A stretch of 64,000 bases of DNA from an uncultured Bacteroidota bacterium (lineage in GTDB: Bacteria; Bacteroidota; Bacteroidia; UKL13-3): the NCBI GenBank assembly GCA_903883965.1, contig CAISCU010000005.1, forward strand, positions 26,818-90,817. Direction: 5' to 3'. The number at the start of each line of letters is the position of its first letter. Within the stretch, counting starts at the first letter, position 1. Both the position numbers and the translations under genes were made by a program. The notes under the pieces are model-generated. The model searched no databases, was not told where the DNA came from, and worked only from the letters and a program-made list of their open reading frames with translations. Positions 58,526-64,000 of the stretch are shown piece by piece.

Positions 58526-58860
58526 GATCCAACTTTACATTTGCAGAGAATGTGTATGATGTAGTGCGATTAATTCCATTTGGCAGGGTGAGTACCTATG
58601 GTGCAATAGCATCCTATTTAGGTGCTAAAAAGAGTGCAAGATTGGTGGGTTACGCCATGAACAATTCACACCAAATTATACCAGTTGTTCCTGCGCACAG
58701 AGTGGTAAATAGAAATGGGCTTTTAACAGGTAAACATTTTTTTGGGGCTGAAAATGAAATGCAACGCAGATTGGAACTTGAAGGTATTGAAGTGAAAAAT
58801 GATTGCATTCAACAGTTCAAAAAAGTATTTTGGGATCCTACAATTGAATGTGCTTTATAA
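58522..58860 (+). CDS. alkyltransferase-like protein (MGMT DNA-binding domain family, ATL type, catalytic Cys replaced)
   Basis: Ogt/MGMT C-terminal-domain fold (PFGRVSTYG.IA...G......VG.A...........VPAHRVVN..G.L.G...G). The canonical PCHRV carries Ala (PAHRV). 112 aa with no N-terminal domain. It overlaps the M28 stop (ATGA). Confidence 0.65.
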   Translation: MRSNFTFAENVYDVVRLIPFGRVSTYGAIASYLGAKKSARLVGYAMNNSHQIIPVVPAHRVVNRNGLLTGKHFFGAENEMQRRLELEGIEVKNDCIQQFKKVFWDPTIECAL

Positions 58861-59219
58861 ATGATTACATGGAAAATTTAGTAACGGAATTCAACGAATA
58901 CAGACAAAAAATGAACGAGCAATTGCTAAAGTCAGACAATCTTGTCATCAAAAGATTGTTTAATTTAGATGCAAATGCATACGAGTCGGGAGCATTACCT
59001 GTTCAAACAAAGGAGATGCTTGGTTTGGTTGCGAGCATGGTTTTAAGGTGTGATGATTGTATCAAATACCACCTTGGAAAATGTGCTGAATTGGGCATAT
59101 CTACTGCGCAAATATTGGAAGTTTTTTCAATAGCAAATTTAGTAGGAGGTACCATTGTTATACCTCATACCAGAAGGGCTTTTGAATATTGGAATGTATT
59201 GATACAGTCAGCCAAATAG
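58848..59219 (+). CDS. carboxymuconolactone decarboxylase (AhpD-like) family protein
   Basis: 123 aa with the CMD-family core (..KE..GLVASMV.RCDDCIKYHLGKC.ELG). It overlaps the ATL gene by 13 nt; an alternative ATG lies at 58869. Confidence 0.6.
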   Translation: MCFINDYMENLVTEFNEYRQKMNEQLLKSDNLVIKRLFNLDANAYESGALPVQTKEMLGLVASMVLRCDDCIKYHLGKCAELGISTAQILEVFSIANLVGGTIVIPHTRRAFEYWNVLIQSAK

Positions 59220-59223
59220 CTCA

Positions 59224-61605
59224 ATGAAGTTTTTGCGATTTATTTTTCTTTTGCTTTTTGTTACAAGCTTGTTTTGGCCATCAGTTGCTAAAGCAGAATC
59301 TGAACTTGATAGTTTAGAAAGTATTCTGCCTTTTGCAAACGATATACAAAGGGCTGAACTTTTAAACGGAATAGCTATTCTGGTTAGGAATACCGATTCA
59401 ACCAAAGCGGGTAATTATGCCAAACAAGCTTTGGCGCTTTCAAGTAAAATTGATTTTTGCAAAGGCGCTGCAAGTGCCCATGTTATCATTGGTTTGTTAT
59501 ACATGGATAGGGGTCAGTATTTATTGGCAAAGCAATATTGTTTAAAAGGGCTTTCTTCGGGTTTAACTTGTAAAGAACCTTATTCGGTTGCACTAGCTTA
59601 CAATGGTTTAGGCGATTTGTCGTTTAGAAAAAAAGACTACTTAAAATCTTTGCGTTTTTATTTCAGTGCGCTGAAACTTTCTAAACAACTCAACGATTAT
59701 AGAAGAATAGCTAATACCTTAAAAAACATAGGATCTATTTATGTGGTTTTAAATGATGCAAACAGATCGGAAACCTATCTTTTACAAGCACTCGATTTAT
59801 ACAAGCAACTCAAAGATCAAACCAACCAAGCTGTTATTGCCAATTATTTGGCAGACGTTTATCGCTTAAAAGGGTATGACTTAAAGGCGCTCTATCATTA
59901 CTTAGTAGCCTTAGAAATATACAGAGAGAGTGGTAGTGCTTTTGATGTGGCAGCCGTGCTAAACAACATAGGGGCCGTTTTTTTAAATAGAAATCAATTT
60001 AAAAAGGCATTGCCTTACCTTCAAGAATCACAGTTGATAGACATGACCATGAATGACAAAAAATCATTGGTCAAAGTACTTGGGAGTTTAGCCAAAGCTT
60101 ATTACCATTTAAATAAAAAAGATTCAGCAATGGACCTTGCCACTCGGGCTGTTCTGATTGCAGAAAATTTCAATTACCAGTCTGAACAACTTTATGCAGT
60201 AGAAATACTATCTAAACTATATACTGATGCTGGAGACCAAACTCGCGCCAGCAAATACGAACAAGCGTACCAACTTTTGAAGGCCAGACAAGCACAAGAT
60301 GAACAGCAGAGCCAGGTTTTAACCAAATCAATGGAAGAATCCGATGTGCCGGTTAACCAAGCAATGCAATTAGAGGACCCAGAACAGATAGTGCTAGCTG
60401 ATAATCCATACCGCATGTTGAGCATTGGATTGGCTTTTGCCTTGTTGTTATTGACGGTACTTTTTTTGGTATTTAGAAAAAATTTTGGATCGATAAAGTC
60501 ACCAAAACCCATTGTCAAAAAAGCGGTATCAATAGATTTTTACAGAGAACTCAATTCAGCTATACATGTTTTAAAGGGCATGAGTCAATTGGCCATGGAA
60601 AGTAAAAACATGGAAGGTTTAAAAGAGAATTTGTCGGCGGTTAAATTGGCTACTGATGAATTGGTATTTTTGGTAGATAACTTAAACACGCTCCAAGACA
60701 TTGAATCAGGCGCATTGCGGCTAAACAAAGAGCAATTTTCACTGATTGGTTTTTTAGAAAATTTATTTGTTTCAATTGATGCAAAAGCAAAAGTGAAGCA
60801 GAACGATTTTAGGCAAATGGTTTATGCGGGTGTGCCTGAATGGATAAAATTTGACAAAGGGAAATTAAGTATGGTCCTGCTCAATTTATTCAACAATGCC
60901 ATTCGATTTTCTAATGGAAGCACCATTGAAGTAGAAGTTAAATTAATTGCTCGTAAAAAAATAGGCAATCAGAATTATTCAAAAATCGAAATCAAAATCA
61001 GTGATGAGGGTCCGGGAATTAAGAAAGAAATCATAGACCTCGTTTCTCAAAATGAATACAATAAATTACCACATGGTAAGGGTTTGAAAATAGTCCATGC
61101 GCTCATGCATTCTTTGGGTGGTCAATTTAAGCTTACAAGTATCAAAGGTCAGGGTGTAATGGCCAAAATTCAATTCGAAGTAGAGGAAGTAGAAGCCCCA
61201 TTAACATATGCAAGCTCTAAAAGCTTAAAAAAGCTCAACAAGCTTATACTTGTTGCCGATGACAATATCATGAACCAGAAATTCCTAGAAAAAGTATTGG
61301 TTGATACAGGTTATCAGTGTGAATGTGTTTCAAATGGTGCAGAGGTATTGGATGCTATGAGCCAAAAACAGTACGATATGTTGTTATTGGACGTTTATAT
61401 GCCCATTTTAGATGGCATAGAAACCTGTAAACGAATCAGGAGCGATCAGTATTTTAAAAGGCACAACAAAGTGCCAATTGTTGGTTTAACAGCAAATACA
61501 CAATCCAAAATTAAAAAGAAATGTCAAGATGTGGGCATGAATCAGGTTTTAAACAAGCCCTTCAACAAGGAGCAATTATTGCACATTGTCAACGAATTAC
61601 TCTAA
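59224..61605 (+). CDS. hybrid sensor histidine kinase/response regulator with a periplasmic TPR domain
   Basis: Signal peptide, ~8 TPR-like repeats (aa 30-390), one TM helix (LSIGLAFALLLLTVLFLVF), a HisKA-like H-box, HATPase_c (NAIRFS; DEGPGI; GKGLKIVHALMHSLGG) and a C-terminal receiver (LVADDN....LLLDVYMP..DG...C). Confidence 0.75.
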   Translation: MKFLRFIFLLLFVTSLFWPSVAKAESELDSLESILPFANDIQRAELLNGIAILVRNTDSTKAGNYAKQALALSSKIDFCKGAASAHVIIGLLYMDRGQYLLAKQYCLKGLSSGLTCKEPYSVALAYNGLGDLSFRKKDYLKSLRFYFSALKLSKQLNDYRRIANTLKNIGSIYVVLNDANRSETYLLQALDLYKQLKDQTNQAVIANYLADVYRLKGYDLKALYHYLVALEIYRESGSAFDVAAVLNNIGAVFLNRNQFKKALPYLQESQLIDMTMNDKKSLVKVLGSLAKAYYHLNKKDSAMDLATRAVLIAENFNYQSEQLYAVEILSKLYTDAGDQTRASKYEQAYQLLKARQAQDEQQSQVLTKSMEESDVPVNQAMQLEDPEQIVLADNPYRMLSIGLAFALLLLTVLFLVFRKNFGSIKSPKPIVKKAVSIDFYRELNSAIHVLKGMSQLAMESKNMEGLKENLSAVKLATDELVFLVDNLNTLQDIESGALRLNKEQFSLIGFLENLFVSIDAKAKVKQNDFRQMVYAGVPEWIKFDKGKLSMVLLNLFNNAIRFSNGSTIEVEVKLIARKKIGNQNYSKIEIKISDEGPGIKKEIIDLVSQNEYNKLPHGKGLKIVHALMHSLGGQFKLTSIKGQGVMAKIQFEVEEVEAPLTYASSKSLKKLNKLILVADDNIMNQKFLEKVLVDTGYQCECVSNGAEVLDAMSQKQYDMLLLDVYMPILDGIETCKRIRSDQYFKRHNKVPIVGLTANTQSKIKKKCQDVGMNQVLNKPFNKEQLLHIVNELL

Positions 61606-61715
61606 AATTCTAGTTTATTTTAGGTGTGTTTTTTAGCTAAAAATGGGCATTTTTAAAGATTAACATCCAAGTAAAAAAAAAAATACCCATATTTGCCACG
61701 CTTAATTTTTTAAAA

Positions 61716-62591
61716 ATGGCTGTATTAGTTAACAAAGATTCTAAAGTAATTGTTCAGGGTTTCACTGGAAGTGAAGGTAGTTTCCATGCACAACAAATGA
61801 TTGAGTATGGAACAAATTTAGTAGGAGGTGTAACTCCCGGAAAAGGTGGTCAAACCCACTTGGAAAGACCTGTTTTTAATACGGTTAAAGATGCCGTAGA
61901 TGTTACGGGTGCAAACGTTTCAATCATATTTGTACCACCAGCATTTGCTGCTGATGCCATTATGGAAGCTGCTGATGCCGGTATCAAAGTTATTGTATGT
62001 ATTACTGAGGGAATTCCTGTAAAGGACATGATTCCTGTAAAAGAATATATCAAAACCAGAAACTGTACATTGATTGGCCCTAATTGCCCTGGAGTAATTA
62101 CTCCAGAAGAAGCAAAAGTGGGTATTATGCCAGGTTTTGTGTTCAAAAAGGGCAGAATTGGTATTGTTTCAAAATCAGGAACATTGACTTATGAAGCAGC
62201 TGACCAAGTTGTAAAAGCTGGTTTAGGTGTTTCTACAGCAATTGGTATTGGTGGAGACCCAATTATAGGCACACCAACTAAAGATGCTGTTGAACTATTG
62301 ATGAATGACCCTGAAACTGATGCCATCATTATGATTGGTGAAATTGGCGGAAGTTACGAAGCTGATGCAGCTCGTTGGATCAAAGCTAATGGGAATAAAA
62401 AACCAGTTGTTGGTTTCATAGCCGGTCAAACAGCCCCTCCAGGCAGAAGAATGGGACATGCTGGTGCCATCATTGGTGGAAAAGACGACACTGCCGAAGC
62501 CAAAATGGCAATCATGCGTGAATGTGGTTTGCATGTGGTTGAATCGCCAGCTGAAATTGGTGCTGCCATGCTTCTTGCAATGAAAAAATAA
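61716..62591 (+). CDS. sucD: succinate--CoA ligase [ADP-forming] subunit alpha
   Basis: (M)[43 protein letters not shown] and the phospho-His loop (..GHAGAII); 291 aa. No sucC is adjacent. Confidence 0.9.
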   Translation: MAVLVNKDSKVIVQGFTGSEGSFHAQQMIEYGTNLVGGVTPGKGGQTHLERPVFNTVKDAVDVTGANVSIIFVPPAFAADAIMEAADAGIKVIVCITEGIPVKDMIPVKEYIKTRNCTLIGPNCPGVITPEEAKVGIMPGFVFKKGRIGIVSKSGTLTYEAADQVVKAGLGVSTAIGIGGDPIIGTPTKDAVELLMNDPETDAIIMIGEIGGSYEADAARWIKANGNKKPVVGFIAGQTAPPGRRMGHAGAIIGGKDDTAEAKMAIMRECGLHVVESPAEIGAAMLLAMKK

Positions 62592-62599
62592 TTTTAGGT

Positions 62600-64000
62600 T
62601 TACCTAATCAAAGTTAAAGTGGAGTGATAAGATCTTGGATCTGCTCCACTTTTTTTCTTTACTGTCATCAACACAAAGTAAATGCCTTCGCTTGCATCTG
62701 CTCCTGATTGGTCTTTCCCATTCCAGGCAAAATTTGCTTGAGAAGATTCATACATCAATTGCCCCCATCTGTTAAAGATTGCAATTTTAACTTCGTCGCA
62801 TTGGTTGATCAGGCCATCAGATTCAAAAACATCATTGAGCTTATCACCGTTTGGAGAAAACACATTGGGCATTTTGATGTCGGCAGCAGAATCGGGTAAG
62901 TTGACAATTGCAAAAGCAGTATCTGCACAAAGAGTTCCAGGCATCACAATCATCAAAACAGAGTCTCCGTAATACTTACCTTCTATTTTTGTTGTAAAGA
63001 AATCGTCGGTAATAGTTTTGCCATCTGGCAACACCCAATTGATGGGGTCTGTAATTTTAGGATCCTTTTGAAATGAAAAAACTGCTGTACAAGTATCTAT
63101 GGTAAATTCAAATTTGGCGCTTTTTATTTGAAAATCGAATTTCAAAGCAGCATTGCTACACCTTGGACTCGGGTTTTTTACACTATAGGCATTTGGAGTT
63201 GTTTTTAAATCCGATATAAAATGTACCCCTTCAACATTTGGGCAGCTTGCACACATGCTTTGGTAAACAATTCCATGTTTGTCGAACCTACTGGTTCCAC
63301 CGTCAACATGGTCTCCTGATGCATTGGGATTGGCCCCTCCTAAAAAAGTTCCGTACAACAATGAAGATGCATTTTTTTCTAAACACATTAGGTAAAAATC
63401 TGAACCATCTGTTTGTGTTTGAAAGGCATCTGTACTCACTTGCATTCCGACTGTTTGAGAAGTGCTAATGCCACTGGTACTTCCGCCCCAAGAACTCACG
63501 TAAATTCTTCCGCAATCATCAACCATAAATGCATTGATGGTGACGTCAATACTTGGTCTGCCAGAACCAAATACCGTTGACCAATTCAATGTTTTTAAAT
63601 CATTGCTAAAGCAGCTGATAAATTGGTGACTGCCGTTGTTTTTATAAACATTTCCTTGAACAGGCATATTGCCTTCGCTATGCCCTACAACAACTACTTG
63701 GTTGTTTGGGTCAATATCTAAAGAGTAAATTTGGTCGTAAAAATTGGTTCCCCAGTAAGTTGCGGCTATTAAATTGGTAGCATTGCGATTGAGTTTGCCA
63801 ATGAAACCGTCTACATCTCCATTGTTGTTGGCCTGGTAGGCCCCTGCAGTAACAGGATCTAGGTTTCTGCTATTTGTGCCACCTGAAACAAACAATTCGT
63901 TTTGCTTGGTTAAATCTATGCTGTAGAGTGCGTCTATCCCTGAACCACCAATATAGGTTGACCATTCTAAATTGGTTAATGCACTGTCAAACTGAAAAAT
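62600..64000 (-). CDS. T9SS type B C-terminal sorting domain protein with beta-propeller-like repeats, 5' partial (continues beyond the window)
   Basis: The C-terminus matches the type-B CTD pattern (FSPNGDKLNDVF....IFNRWGQLMYES....W.G........GIYF......TLIR). The frame stays open from the listed TTG at 63895 to the window edge at 64000. Repeated YIGGS.ID / GT.FGG blocks are reminiscent of SBBP beta-propeller repeats. Confidence 0.7.
   Translation of the reverse strand: MFQFDSALTNLEWSTYIGGSGIDALYSIDLTKQNELFVSGGTNSRNLDPVTAGAYQANNNGDVDGFIGKLNRNATNLIAATYWGTNFYDQIYSLDIDPNNQVVVVGHSEGNMPVQGNVYKNNGSHQFISCFSNDLKTLNWSTVFGSGRPSIDVTINAFMVDDCGRIYVSSWGGSTSGISTSQTVGMQVSTDAFQTQTDGSDFYLMCLEKNASSLLYGTFLGGANPNASGDHVDGGTSRFDKHGIVYQSMCASCPNVEGVHFISDLKTTPNAYSVKNPSPRCSNAALKFDFQIKSAKFEFTIDTCTAVFSFQKDPKITDPINWVLPDGKTITDDFFTTKIEGKYYGDSVLMIVMPGTLCADTAFAIVNLPDSAADIKMPNVFSPNGDKLNDVFESDGLINQCDEVKIAIFNRWGQLMYESSQANFAWNGKDQSGADASEGIYFVLMTVKKKSGADPRSYHSTLTLIR
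62616..62660 (+). terminator. Putative sucD terminator hairpin (lies inside the 3' coding end of the convergent T9SS gene)
   Basis: AAAGTGGAG-(19-nt loop containing the sub-hairpin AGATC..GATCT)-CTCCACTTTTTTT. It is followed by a T7 run on the plus strand, but overlaps the last ~20 codons of the minus-strand gene. Confidence 0.35.

Noticed and set aside
1-64000. CRISPR arrays, insertion sequences, prophage or toxin-antitoxin modules
   Set aside because: I found none. The longest non-coding stretch is 293 bp, there are no regularly spaced direct repeats, and no ORF shows transposase, integrase, Cas, capsid or RT motifs.

Overview
This window looks like a compact, low-GC stretch of core chromosome from a Bacteroidota bacterium, most likely a gliding, T9SS-bearing lineage. 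The phylum call rests on several markers: a 287-aa primary sigma factor, the TAnnTTTG -7 promoter motif, a GH3-family protein, YfhO, GldH, and two T9SS type-B C-terminal sorting domains. About 55 protein-coding genes are tightly packed, with many 1-4 nt start/stop overlaps. I could not find any transposase, integrase, phage gene, CRISPR array or rRNA. One tRNA is present, a tRNA-Gln(UUG) with a clean cloverleaf.

Most of the genes are housekeeping:
- DNA metabolism: recQ, radA, a comM-like gene, holB.
- Translation and purine synthesis: prs-rplY-pth, cysS, trmB, purL, rpiB.
- Central metabolism: fumC, sucD, a fused E1 alpha/beta.
- Transport: kup, feoAB, a CPA2 antiporter, tatC.
- Sigma factor: rpoD.

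The regions worth a second look are:
1. The holB - PSP1/RicT-like - gldH trio, where gldH overlaps the 3' end of the PSP1 gene by 23 bp.
2. A four-gene minus-strand cluster read divergently from tRNA-Gln: two tandem FkbM-family methyltransferases, an HlpA-like nucleotide-sugar transferase and an unknown protein. A Wzx-like flippase is translationally fused (ATGA) to the end of the prs-rplY-pth operon on the other side.
3. A feoA-feoB TAGTG overlap, with a perfect 7-bp inverted repeat operator candidate just upstream.
4. An alkyltransferase-like (ATL) protein with Ala at the catalytic Cys position, overlapping an AhpD/CMD-family gene and followed by a TPR hybrid sensor kinase.
5. A stand-alone 122-aa orphan gene with its own -7 motif and a perfect 20-bp palindromic terminator.
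6. T9SS cargo genes truncated at both window edges.

All functional calls come from motifs I recognised in the supplied translations and sequence; no database searches were run.
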